The notes under the pieces were generated by a model. That model did no database searches. It had not been told where the DNA came from and worked only from the letters and a program-made list of their open reading frames with translations. From a virus, in IMG/VR virus record IMGVR_UViG_3300026493_000016, positions 81,873 to 145,872 of that record: a stretch of 64,000 bases of DNA. One strand, 5' to 3'. Positions within the stretch are counted from its first letter, which is position 1, and each line of letters begins with the position of its first letter. Positions 26,659 to 36,144 of this stretch are shown here, piece after piece. The translations under genes were made by a program, and so were the position numbers.

Positions 26659-27735
26659 CTACATATATAATAATTCTAAGTTCAGTATCCCCTCTGCATC
26701 AGCTCTAATTGCATTATTTACTCTTTCCCAAGCTTTCTCAAATCCCAAGTCATTCGCGTCAAGATTATCAGGGCTATATACAAAGTATACTTCTCGTTCT
26801 GGTTCTTTTTCTCTAATCATGTTAGCTGTGCGAATCATCTCCGCTTTAGCATCTCTATCTAGATAGAGATATATTGGCTGTTTCCATTTTTGAGTTGATT
26901 TGAGGATTAAATCAATCTGGTCATTTGTGACCTGTTTACCAAACGTAACTACCGCGCCATCTGATAAGGTGGTCATATTGAAGAATCCCTCTACAATAAT
27001 AATCTTGTGATTGTCTCCAACTCTATCTAATCCCATTACGACATCTTTCCTAGAATACTCCCACTCTCTCGCTGTGGCGTTAAAAGACTTAATGTACGCA
27101 TCACTATCAATTGAGCGAGTATTCCAGTACACGGGCTTACCTGCGTTGTCAAAAGTAAAAAATACGAGACTATTACGCAAAGTTAATATCTTATCATTCT
27201 CTAAATAAACAATTCCTTCTAACGTGTAATGCGCATCACAGTTTTTAATCTGCTCAAGCGATACACCACGACCATGTAGATACTGTAGAAACGGATACGC
27301 CTCTGGATTATTAAAGTTGTCTAACAATCTCTTACAGTTAGTAGGTGGTCGAGGACATTTCTTTTTCACATCTGGTTTTATACCCGTATCCACATCTTGT
27401 CCTCTATTTGCAATGAAGAGAAGCAATTGCTCCTCCTCAGTTAAGTCGGCACCGTATCTAGAATGAGACATGTTACCTTTCTTGTACTCTTCTGGGTCAT
27501 AGTCGTACCCTTCTAGTATCTCTCTCGATGCCTTGTATGTCACTTCGTACAGCTTCATAACAAAACTTATAGGGTATCCAGCTTCACCGCAACGTTTACA
27601 CTGCCATAATCCTCTAGGATTCGTTTCTACATAAAGTTTATGTTTGTCGTTACCACAGAAAGGGCAGTTGAAACGCATCTCACCGTTTGCCGGAACACCT
27701 ATACCTAACTCTTGCTCTACAAAATCCATAAACAT
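26659..27735 (-). CDS. DnaG-like DNA primase
   Basis: CPFC...CKRC zinc finger; TOPRIM IVEG and LDRD. Confidence 0.92.
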   Translation of the reverse strand: MFMDFVEQELGIGVPANGEMRFNCPFCGNDKHKLYVETNPRGLWQCKRCGEAGYPISFVMKLYEVTYKASREILEGYDYDPEEYKKGNMSHSRYGADLTEEEQLLLFIANRGQDVDTGIKPDVKKKCPRPPTNCKRLLDNFNNPEAYPFLQYLHGRGVSLEQIKNCDAHYTLEGIVYLENDKILTLRNSLVFFTFDNAGKPVYWNTRSIDSDAYIKSFNATAREWEYSRKDVVMGLDRVGDNHKIIIVEGFFNMTTLSDGAVVTFGKQVTNDQIDLILKSTQKWKQPIYLYLDRDAKAEMIRTANMIREKEPEREVYFVYSPDNLDANDLGFEKAWERVNNAIRADAEGILNLELLYM

Positions 27736-27750
27736 TTCAACTCACCCTTT

Positions 27751-27933
27751 CTAGTCTTCTCGTTGATTATGAATGAATAGTGCTACACTTCGCTCCCTTA
27801 ACCTTGTCAATAGGTCCAGATACTCGTTCATTTCTGCTTCGTCGTAGAAGCATTCACCATGGTCTACCGTAGCTGCTAACTCTTCTACTAATTTAGTAAT
27901 ATAGGATTTATCTGATTTATGCATCCATAACAC
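27751..27933 (-). CDS. Hypothetical protein
   Basis: 60-aa ORF. Confidence 0.6.
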   Translation of the reverse strand: MLWMHKSDKSYITKLVEELAATVDHGECFYDEAEMNEYLDLLTRLRERSVALFIHNQRED

Positions 27934-28504
27934 CTGCTCGTGCGCTCATTCGAAGGTATGCATACGTCTCTCCGAATAAGCGGATACGGTTCTTCTCTGC
28001 TGATGTTGCCACTTCGTGGAAATTAGGTTCCTCTGTTTGCGAGTAAATATCGTTATCTGACATCAGGTGTCTTGAGTAGTATCTAGATTTTAGTAGGGAC
28101 TCTAACGAACGTAAGTCAGTTAGTACGCGTAAAATAGACTCTTGATAATTTCCTGTGAATACGTAGTTACCATCATACGTTACATACCCGTTTTGTTTTG
28201 CCCACTTAAGTGTAGCTAGATTCTTATTGAAGATATCCTGACTGAATGGGATACCGTTCTTTTGTGTCAACTTCTTCGCCCGTTTAGCTCGCACTACTTT
28301 ATATACATTTGCTGTTGAAAGTTTGTCTTTCGTAATATACATAAACCCTCGTGCATCTGAGTGCTTGTATTCGTATCCATTGTTCAACGGGTACCAGAAT
28401 ACCATATTAGTTTTCGGGAAGAAATACGATACGTCGTCCTTTTCATTGTTTGTGTTCTCGAGAACTAGCTCGATGCTCTCCGCTGAGTGATTTTTAATTT
28501 TCAT
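27917..28504 (-). CDS. Gp67-like anti-sigma factor (staphylococcal phage G1 gp67 homolog)
   Basis: WYPLNNGYEYK closely matches WYPLSNAYEYK of G1 gp67 as recalled; similar size and same position between SbcC and primase. Confidence 0.75.
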   Translation of the reverse strand: MKIKNHSAESIELVLENTNNEKDDVSYFFPKTNMVFWYPLNNGYEYKHSDARGFMYITKDKLSTANVYKVVRAKRAKKLTQKNGIPFSQDIFNKNLATLKWAKQNGYVTYDGNYVFTGNYQESILRVLTDLRSLESLLKSRYYSRHLMSDNDIYSQTEEPNFHEVATSAEKNRIRLFGETYAYLRMSARAGVMDA

Positions 28505-30394
28505 TTACTTTTTTCTCTCCTCTGTTTTAATTTTAGAAATCCCTGTGTTGTCTTTTGTAACTGTTATAACCTTCTCGAATAATGATTTAAAATGACTAGA
28601 TTGTGTGATTACGAACACTGTACCAACTTTATTAGCGATGTCTTTCAATACCTCAATAGATGACTCAATACCTTTTTCATCTAAAGCATCGAAGAACTCA
28701 TCACATACAACAAAGTTCGTATAGTGTGACACGATATCCTGTAATGCAAGAGAAATAGCTAGGTCAGCACGTTTCTTTTCCCCTCCGGATGCTAACTTGT
28801 AGTTCTTACCTCCTACACGGTTGGTTACCTGCACATCAAACTTGTCCGAGTACGTTTTGTCTTTCTTAAGTGTACGAGTAGTAAAGTTCAGCTCCATGTT
28901 TTCCCCTGCTAAACGTTTAAGGAACTCATTACCCTTCTTATTAAGCTCTGGTGTAATTAAGTCTAGTACATGAGATTTAACTCCATCGTTAGAGAATACT
29001 TTAACAACATCTTCATCTGCTAGTTTCTCTTTCTCTAGTTCGATAATCTCTTTATCTACCTTATCGATAGCGTCGGACCATTTCTTACGCTCTGCTGTAC
29101 GTGGCTTTGGCTCCGGTGTTTCTTCTAGCATTTCTAATCGTGATACAACCGCATCCTTGTTATTCTTTAGTAATTGTAACTGATGCTCATAGTTTCGGAT
29201 GTTGTTGTCTAGTTTTGTTATATGCTGCTGCATGCCTTGAATCTGATTTATCACGTCTCGTTGTTCTTTTCGTTTAGCGTCTAGTGCTGCGCTAGCTTTG
29301 TCCATAAGACCGGAGTATGGCTGGAACTTAAGTTCTAATTGCTTTAGCGCGTTAACGACAACTTGTACTTCTGTTTTAATGTTATTCTGTTCTGTTTTAA
29401 TGTGTGAAACATCTACCTGTGAACCACATACTGGACAAATATCTGTAGCATCAAGTGCCTTGTAATTCTTCAATAGTGTTTTCTGTTGCATTCGCAGCTC
29501 TTTATCCTTATTCGAGAACTTTTGTAAGATGTCTTGAACCTTGGATACTGTCTCTTCCTCTTTACTTGTATCTACATTCGCTATCTCTGCTATTTGTTGC
29601 TCGAGTTCTTTCTTTGTATCCCTATCTTTCTCGATAAGACCAAAATTAGCTGCTGGATAATCGTTTAATTCTTTTACCGCTAGCTCTAATTGCTTACGTC
29701 CGTTGATGATATTATTTTTCGTAGATTCATAGTTTGCTTTGTCATTCTGCTCCAATACATCAACTTGTGATAGTTCCCATTGCAGCTTCTCTTTTTCTTT
29801 CTTCTTATCCTCAATCTTACCTTCTGTCTCACTAACTTTATCTTTAGCAATCTGCTGCGCTGTAGAGTAGACGTCTAGCTTTAAAACCGACTCTAGTATT
29901 TCTTTCTTCTTGCTATCTGTTAAAGATGCAAAAGAACCAATACCTTCTCCCTGTGCAAATAGAATACTATTGATGAAGGTTAAGTGTGAGATACCGACAA
30001 GTTGTTCGATAAGCGTGTCTGTACCTGTGTTGCTTTTCTCAGTGATGTTAGTTCCATTACGATATACCAGCACCTTATTACCAAACTTACTATGCTTTCT
30101 ATATCTAGAAATCTCGTAACGGTCATCACCATCTCGTCCAATAAGCGTTACTTCAGTATCCTTACCAACCTTGTCATTTACAACGTCGTCACTTCCGCCA
30201 CCCTTGGAAATCTTATTATATAAAACCCAACGAATCGGCTCAGCTACTAGAGATGATTTACCTGCTCCATTGGATTCGAACTTATCATCACTCTTATTCT
30301 CCCCTTCTATCAAAATAAGACCTTGATTCTCTAAGGGAATCTCAGCGTCGTTGATAGCTAGGAAGTTCTTTACAATTAACTTCTCCCAAATCAT
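28505..30394 (-). CDS. SbcC/Rad50-like ATPase
   Basis: NGAGKSS, CPVC zinc hook, SGGE signature, DEFFD Walker B. Confidence 0.95.
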   Translation of the reverse strand: MIWEKLIVKNFLAINDAEIPLENQGLILIEGENKSDDKFESNGAGKSSLVAEPIRWVLYNKISKGGGSDDVVNDKVGKDTEVTLIGRDGDDRYEISRYRKHSKFGNKVLVYRNGTNITEKSNTGTDTLIEQLVGISHLTFINSILFAQGEGIGSFASLTDSKKKEILESVLKLDVYSTAQQIAKDKVSETEGKIEDKKKEKEKLQWELSQVDVLEQNDKANYESTKNNIINGRKQLELAVKELNDYPAANFGLIEKDRDTKKELEQQIAEIANVDTSKEEETVSKVQDILQKFSNKDKELRMQQKTLLKNYKALDATDICPVCGSQVDVSHIKTEQNNIKTEVQVVVNALKQLELKFQPYSGLMDKASAALDAKRKEQRDVINQIQGMQQHITKLDNNIRNYEHQLQLLKNNKDAVVSRLEMLEETPEPKPRTAERKKWSDAIDKVDKEIIELEKEKLADEDVVKVFSNDGVKSHVLDLITPELNKKGNEFLKRLAGENMELNFTTRTLKKDKTYSDKFDVQVTNRVGGKNYKLASGGEKKRADLAISLALQDIVSHYTNFVVCDEFFDALDEKGIESSIEVLKDIANKVGTVFVITQSSHFKSLFEKVITVTKDNTGISKIKTEERKK

Positions 30395-30573
30395 TCACTT
30401 TCCCTCACTTCGTAGTAATTCAAAATATCTTCTACGTAACGCTCTATTACATTAGCGTCTACGTACTTACCGTCTAAGCGGCTATACCATCCTGTTCCTT
30501 CTTCGAAGAACACTTGCTCTTTGTTGTAGTACCCATCGATAATTCGTTTCATCATACTTTGGAACTTGTTCAT
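30391..30573 (-). CDS. Hypothetical protein
   Basis: AAGGAGG SD after promoter. Confidence 0.75.
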   Translation of the reverse strand: MNKFQSMMKRIIDGYYNKEQVFFEEGTGWYSRLDGKYVDANVIERYVEDILNYYEVRESE

Positions 30574-30602
30574 GTTTCTCCTCCTTTATTTGATGTAAAC
30601 CA

Positions 30603-30631
30603 AATATATCATAATACCATAAAAAAGTCAA
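30603..30631 (-). promoter_or_regulatory. Sigma-A type promoter
   Basis: TTGACT-17bp-TATATT with TG. Confidence 0.8.
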
Positions 30632-30632
30632 G

Positions 30633-30661
30633 AAAAAAAGACTATTAATTAAAATAGTCTT
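30633..30661 (-). terminator. Intrinsic terminator
   Basis: AAGACTATT-6nt-AATAGTCTT plus T run. Confidence 0.7.
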
Positions 30662-31025
30662 CGTCCATAGTTCCGTACCAGAAATCATCTTGGTAAGAAA
30701 CCTTAGAGAATAATGTTCTAAGCCCTGAGCTATCTTTATCAGGTGTGATGAATAATACTTCGTGAACATAGTAAATTCCATCAATATCTGTAGTTGATGA
30801 CTCTTCACGGAATTTATCACCAACCTTAATCTCATCAAATTGTATGTCATAACCTAATGGTGTAGCTTGGTTTTCTAGTTCTCTAGTAATTAATCTTTGA
30901 TTTCCAGCTAAAGCATCTAGTGTATCTTTAGCAAAGATATACGTTCCGTTATTCACCTCTACTTCTAGTTTTTCTTTTAGTTCTTTCTCTTTTTGAGTTA
31001 GATACTCCATTCTACTCATTATCAA
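30645..31025 (-). CDS. Hypothetical protein
   Basis: 126-aa ORF overlapping the SbcD stop. Confidence 0.7.
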   Translation of the reverse strand: MIMSRMEYLTQKEKELKEKLEVEVNNGTYIFAKDTLDALAGNQRLITRELENQATPLGYDIQFDEIKVGDKFREESSTTDIDGIYYVHEVLFITPDKDSSGLRTLFSKVSYQDDFWYGTMDEDYFN

Positions 31026-32109
31026 TCTCCGCCTTTCGTTGTTTTGCCTCTTTAATGATTGCTATCGCCTTACTCTTAGTGTGCGTAAAGAACTCATCCG
31101 TATAAGCATCAACAATATCTTCTTCCGTAGAATCTACCTTAATATCAATACGTACTTCAGATTTAAATTCTCTCTGCACTTCTATACGGGCTGTCGGCAC
31201 ATCCTCTGTAATTGCAGCTACCTCTACAGCTAGTTCTTGCGGGATGACAAATCGTACATAATGGTCTTTCACGGCTTGTTCAGTATTCTCATCAATCTCA
31301 GTGATGGTAATGAACTGCTTATTAGGAATTTCAATGAATGTCGGCTTCTCGTAATATTCTCCGTTAACCAAGAACACACCTTTTACTTGTCCCTCATCAG
31401 AGAAGCTTTCTTGCAATGTGTTCCCACAGTACAACGCGTTATCCCAGTTACCGATATATTGTCGTTTATGGTAGTGTCCTAGAATAATATACGTAAACGT
31501 GTCTGGATGTAGGTCGGCAATAGAAAAAGCTCCACCTAATCTATGAGAATGACGTCCCGTCTCACTACCGTCTACACCTAAGTGAGCTACTAACATTGTA
31601 AGTTTATCTGACTGCGCTGCATGTTGTGCAAATCTATCAATCTGGTCTTTCACAAAATCAACATCATCAGAGTACGATACCGGATAGATGGTCACGTTGT
31701 CCGTCTGGTAAACTTCAAAGTCATCTAGTACAAATACATTATCAATTGCTTTGAACTGCTCTAGCGAGTGCTCAGGTATCCTAGATGAGTCAGATTGGTC
31801 ATGGTTACCTACTACCATAAACAATTCGATATCAGGTCGTTTATCCATATTCTCCTTAATAGCATTGAATCCCATATTGAAAACTAGTGATTCTACTCGC
31901 TTACGAGCGTGATAGTAGTCTCCAGCAAACACGATATGCGCATTATGCTCATCCGCTAATTCAAATATTTTATCAATAGTATTCCACTGAGCTACTAGTC
32001 TATCAGTAGCTTCAATGTCCTTACCGTTGTAATTAAAGATTTGTGGTTTAGCGAATGTACTCCAGTTATGCCAATGGAAATCGGAGAAACAAATAATATT
32101 AGTCCGCAT
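31012..32109 (-). CDS. SbcD/Mre11-like metallophosphoesterase nuclease
   Basis: SDFH, AGD, GNHD, GHYH motifs. Confidence 0.93.
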   Translation of the reverse strand: MRTNIICFSDFHWHNWSTFAKPQIFNYNGKDIEATDRLVAQWNTIDKIFELADEHNAHIVFAGDYYHARKRVESLVFNMGFNAIKENMDKRPDIELFMVVGNHDQSDSSRIPEHSLEQFKAIDNVFVLDDFEVYQTDNVTIYPVSYSDDVDFVKDQIDRFAQHAAQSDKLTMLVAHLGVDGSETGRHSHRLGGAFSIADLHPDTFTYIILGHYHKRQYIGNWDNALYCGNTLQESFSDEGQVKGVFLVNGEYYEKPTFIEIPNKQFITITEIDENTEQAVKDHYVRFVIPQELAVEVAAITEDVPTARIEVQREFKSEVRIDIKVDSTEEDIVDAYTDEFFTHTKSKAIAIIKEAKQRKAEIDNE

Positions 32110-32407
32110 TAGGATGCTCCTCCTCTAGGTGGTAATCTGTTACTGTTATTTCTTTACCACTCTTAAGAGTTAATACAAGAACACCAGATTTACCTCCACG
32201 GTAATAATCTTTAATATCTTTCGCCTCGTAATGGACTTCGTTATTCCCTCGTTTAGCCCACACAGTCACACCGCGCTTCTCTGCAAGTGTCTTTTCTTGT
32301 TTCGTAGTACTCTTTTCTTTGTCTTCTGACTTACTTGCTGCACAACCAGTTACCACACCTACTAGTAAAGTACTAGATAGTGCTAACGCTGCTAATTTCT
32401 TTTTCAT
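32099..32407 (-). CDS. Lipoprotein
   Basis: MKKK signal and lipobox VTGC. Confidence 0.8.
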   Translation of the reverse strand: MKKKLAALALSSTLLVGVVTGCAASKSEDKEKSTTKQEKTLAEKRGVTVWAKRGNNEVHYEAKDIKDYYRGGKSGVLVLTLKSGKEITVTDYHLEEEHPNAD

Positions 32408-32408
32408 G

Positions 32409-33887
32409 TTATTTCCCTCCGACTGCTTTATTTATTTCATCACTTAAGTTAGGCATAGCTATTTTAGTTTGCGACTTCTTATGTCTATCTTTTCCGAATG
32501 ACAAATCATCATTCTCCGCCTCAGCTAATACTGCTTTATGCGCTCGTTCTTCTTCCGAACTTTGATTACCAGAACCTTCATCAAACTTGTAATCCCGTAT
32601 TAGTTGTCGAGTACCATCTACAACGAACCCCAGCATCTTATCATATACTCCTTCTGGAGGGTTACGTACCTTGTCTGCGTACAATCTCAGGAACCCTGCT
32701 TTATATTCCTCAGGTATCTGATTGACTACTAACACCAATTCACAAGCGTTCTTCTTACGTACTGAACCTTCCATGTGTTCTGATGTTCTGATGATTGCGT
32801 TGTAGGCTGAACGGTTTAACTGTGAAGCTGCCCAAGTTACTACGTTAAAGTCTTGTGCTACACGTCGAACCTCTTCAAATAGTTTACCACCATCATCAGA
32901 TTCATTACCTGTTGCATTAGGGTTACGTAGTAGTTCTGGATAATCGATAATCAATACATCCACTGGAATACCTAAACGTAACATCGCATCGGATAATAAC
33001 TGCTCAATCTTTGCTAGTGTAATAGTCTGTGGTGAATAACGAGAGAATAGTAAGTTTCCTAACTTACCTTTAAGTTTGGTATAGATAGCTTGTCTTTTCT
33101 TAAACTTATCTTCGTCTAGATTATCTCCGTCGATAATATCTCCACGAGTCTGAGATAGCATAGATTGCTCGAATCGTAGCGTCATACGGTCTTTCTTTTC
33201 CTCTAAAGCTACATACAGAACGTTATAACCTTTTTTAACGTACATCGTAGCTAGGTTAGTCATAAATAACGTTTTACCGGAACCAGATAAAGCTGCAATT
33301 AACCCTAGCTCACCTTTAGCTAATCCTCCACCGTTAAGTCTGTCTAAGTCTCTAAATCCAGTTGAAATAGTGTTACTTTGTATTGCTGATAGGAGTGCTC
33401 GTTTCTCCATCTCATCATAAAGCACGTTAAAGATTTCGTTTTGTCCTCCAGTTACGTCTAACGCCTCGACATCACGAAGGTCATCGATAACCTTTTTCTG
33501 GAACTCTTCGTCATCTAGTCGCATAGCCGACTTCTTTAGAATATCAAGACGCAAGTGTTTTTTAATGTGAGCTTCGATAGACTCATCGATTACACTATCA
33601 TCACTCATATCTCGAATCTCGTAAAGGCTAGATACTGCCTCGTAATATTTCTGTTGTTTCTCTGCATCCGCTCGTTGTCTATCTAGTTTTTGCTCCACTA
33701 ATGATAGTAACGTAGACTCTGTAGCAAGAGACGAATTGCTCTTGTAAAAATGTTGGATGACCTGAGAAATCTCTACATACATGTGGTTCTCTTCCAGTGT
33801 TGATTTAGGAAGTAAAGGTAAAATCTCCTTCGCAAATGAAGGTGACTCTACCCCTTTCCTAAGTATTTCTTTAATAATTGGTTTCAT
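32409..33887 (-). CDS. DnaB-like replicative helicase
   Basis: TGF.DLD...GGL..GEL, SGSGKT, IIDY, ASQLNR, KVR. Confidence 0.93.
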   Translation of the reverse strand: MKPIIKEILRKGVESPSFAKEILPLLPKSTLEENHMYVEISQVIQHFYKSNSSLATESTLLSLVEQKLDRQRADAEKQQKYYEAVSSLYEIRDMSDDSVIDESIEAHIKKHLRLDILKKSAMRLDDEEFQKKVIDDLRDVEALDVTGGQNEIFNVLYDEMEKRALLSAIQSNTISTGFRDLDRLNGGGLAKGELGLIAALSGSGKTLFMTNLATMYVKKGYNVLYVALEEKKDRMTLRFEQSMLSQTRGDIIDGDNLDEDKFKKRQAIYTKLKGKLGNLLFSRYSPQTITLAKIEQLLSDAMLRLGIPVDVLIIDYPELLRNPNATGNESDDGGKLFEEVRRVAQDFNVVTWAASQLNRSAYNAIIRTSEHMEGSVRKKNACELVLVVNQIPEEYKAGFLRLYADKVRNPPEGVYDKMLGFVVDGTRQLIRDYKFDEGSGNQSSEEERAHKAVLAEAENDDLSFGKDRHKKSQTKIAMPNLSDEINKAVGGK

Positions 33888-33915
33888 TAAATCTCCCCTC
33901 TCCTAGTATGTTACT

Positions 33916-33944
33916 ACTATACCATACTTTTAAACTAATGTCAA
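33916..33944 (-). promoter_or_regulatory. Sigma-A type promoter
   Basis: TTGACA-17bp-TATAGT with TG. Confidence 0.85.
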
Positions 33945-34204
33945 CCAAAACCTTGACTTGTAACCCACATTATGATATGTCTACCATGTTCGTAGCACTC
34001 ATGGGGGATACACTCTTTATATTCGTCATTAAATACATACCCACCATGCCACCAATCATCAAACATCGTTGCAGCCTCGTATGAATGTTTTAGCGCTTCC
34101 GCATACGCTTCTTTATATTTAGCTTCGTAAATAATAGCAGTCTCTCTGTTTAACTTTTCCATCTGTTCATCACTAAGCTCCCCAGTAGTAATAAGTATTA
34201 CCAT
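33941..34204 (-). CDS. Hypothetical protein
   Basis: 87-aa ORF. Confidence 0.7.
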   Translation of the reverse strand: MVILITTGELSDEQMEKLNRETAIIYEAKYKEAYAEALKHSYEAATMFDDWWHGGYVFNDEYKECIPHECYEHGRHIIMWVTSQGFG

Positions 34205-35997
34205 AGTTTCATCTCCTCATCAATAGCTGATTGAATATCATCAGATAATGTAGATTCCTTCTTAATCTGTTCTGCTTTAATCTCATCACGCTTTAAGTCT
34301 AGTTCCGTTTTCTTGATGCTATACTTAGGTGTGTAGCCATCTATATTAGAAATAAAGCTCTCTTGTTCTAGTACAAATGGGGAGAACTCACGAGTAATCG
34401 CGTCTATATCTAGCTGACTAAATTTAGTTACAGGTACTGTGTTGAATCCGACTTCCTTAAACGCCGAATGTAGGTTGTCCCATGAAATATAATTACCTTT
34501 ATACTCTTGGATTAGGTCCACAAGATTAAAGTAATTACGGTATTCGTCAATTTGAACCATGTCGCGTAACACGGTATTCCATTCAGACATTGTACCTTCT
34601 GCGTTAGGTAAGATGTACTTTCCGATTGTGTGACAAACTTTGTTATACCAATCTGTATCTTTGTTAATTGCTGACGTAGGGTTATCGTGCTTTGTCGAAT
34701 TGCTCAGGTCCGCCAAAGTAGTACTAAACATAGCCGACATAAATAGTTCTGTCTTGCTAACATCTCGTGTTCCTCTTGTTAATAATAACGTTTGACGTAC
34801 GATGAAATCTTTAATAGTTCGTTGTGTCTCTTCACTAATACCTTTAGCTATCATCGTCTCACTAACACTATTGAAGTAGTTTAGCATACTTAATCCTTTA
34901 TTTGTTGTAGGAGTAAAGAATGCGTCGTACTTATTTTCTAACGTGTAGTTACTGTAATTAGTAGAAGATAACGCGTAATTACACATACGCACTATAACAT
35001 CAAACTCGTACTTGTCGTAATTTGCTGCAACCTTCCAGTGTCGGAGCTCACCTTTGTCACAGTACTTAATATGATTCTTGTAAATCTCCATACCCTCAGA
35101 AGATTTAAGTGTACTTAAGTAAGGTAGTGAGTTATTCTTACCACCGAGTCTACCTGTAACAAGTGCATATCTATTCATCTGCGCGCTAAGGTACGTACCA
35201 ATATCAATACCTTCCTCATCACACATCTTAATGAAGTTCTTGAAGTACGTCATTTCTTTAGAACCGAATACACCATCCTTGAACGGTGAGTAGTTTTGAT
35301 TGATTTGAGGGATTTTACGGGTCATAACAATGTACGAGCTATCCTCTTTATTCGATTCTACATTCTTCTCGTGACGTTTATTATGAGTTTCGATAGCTAG
35401 GTAAGCATAACGAGTGTACATAATGGACACAATGTACGCTTTAAAATCCTCTACTGCGGTAGGTGACTTCTTAAATGTATCCCATCTAGGAATAACACCT
35501 TCAATAATATCGTTGTTTGCTAGATTATAAGCACTATCAACAGCACGGCGTTTCAATAAATCAGCTTCAATTTGCTTACTGTTACGACGCTTACGGTCAG
35601 TTTTAGGTTTACGTTTTGGAGCCATAGCTAATACTTCACCTTTAATTTCGTCTGTAGTACGTTGCTCAGGTTTCGTACCGTTAACTAAAGATGATTCTTC
35701 AGACGTAGCAAACTGAACAAACTCTTGATTGAACACGACTAATGTCTTTCCTCCACGACCGGATTTAGACTCAACATCGCATACGCCCATCTCTTTAAGT
35801 TTGTTTAACTGCGTGCTAATAGTACTAACAGACTTACCGACTAATTTACTCATCTCAGTCTTCGTCATTAGTACAGTCTTATCGATTGTTGTTTTAGCTA
35901 TTTCTGTTAGCTCAACCAGTAATTGGTGACAGCTAACCCCACCATTCTTAAGGAATGATGTATTAATATATATACCTTGATTCATAGTAGTTTCCAT
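34198..35997 (-). CDS. Herellevirus winged-HTH protein (Rep/transcription regulator)
   Basis: TKTEMSKLVGKSVSTISTQLNKLKEMG...GRGG wHTH; position between the two helicases. Confidence 0.75.
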   Translation of the reverse strand: METTMNQGIYINTSFLKNGGVSCHQLLVELTEIAKTTIDKTVLMTKTEMSKLVGKSVSTISTQLNKLKEMGVCDVESKSGRGGKTLVVFNQEFVQFATSEESSLVNGTKPEQRTTDEIKGEVLAMAPKRKPKTDRKRRNSKQIEADLLKRRAVDSAYNLANNDIIEGVIPRWDTFKKSPTAVEDFKAYIVSIMYTRYAYLAIETHNKRHEKNVESNKEDSSYIVMTRKIPQINQNYSPFKDGVFGSKEMTYFKNFIKMCDEEGIDIGTYLSAQMNRYALVTGRLGGKNNSLPYLSTLKSSEGMEIYKNHIKYCDKGELRHWKVAANYDKYEFDVIVRMCNYALSSTNYSNYTLENKYDAFFTPTTNKGLSMLNYFNSVSETMIAKGISEETQRTIKDFIVRQTLLLTRGTRDVSKTELFMSAMFSTTLADLSNSTKHDNPTSAINKDTDWYNKVCHTIGKYILPNAEGTMSEWNTVLRDMVQIDEYRNYFNLVDLIQEYKGNYISWDNLHSAFKEVGFNTVPVTKFSQLDIDAITREFSPFVLEQESFISNIDGYTPKYSIKKTELDLKRDEIKAEQIKKESTLSDDIQSAIDEEMKLW

Positions 35998-36052
35998 GTT
36001 CTCTTCTCCTTATTATTTAGTTATACACCCTAGATAGATTTGTAACATAGAC

Positions 36053-36081
36053 AGTATAGCACATTTGTTAGTAATTGTCAA
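36053..36081 (-). promoter_or_regulatory. Sigma-A type promoter
   Basis: TTGACA-17bp-TATACT with TG. Confidence 0.85.
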
Positions 36082-36144
36082 GATGTTTTGTGAATTGTCT
36101 GTTAAAGGACGTATTTAGTTGTGTATAACTATTATAACACAGGA

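Noticed and set aside
30482-30850. 122-aa alternative-frame minus ORF
   Set aside because: Spans a terminator and promoter and overlaps two better-supported genes.
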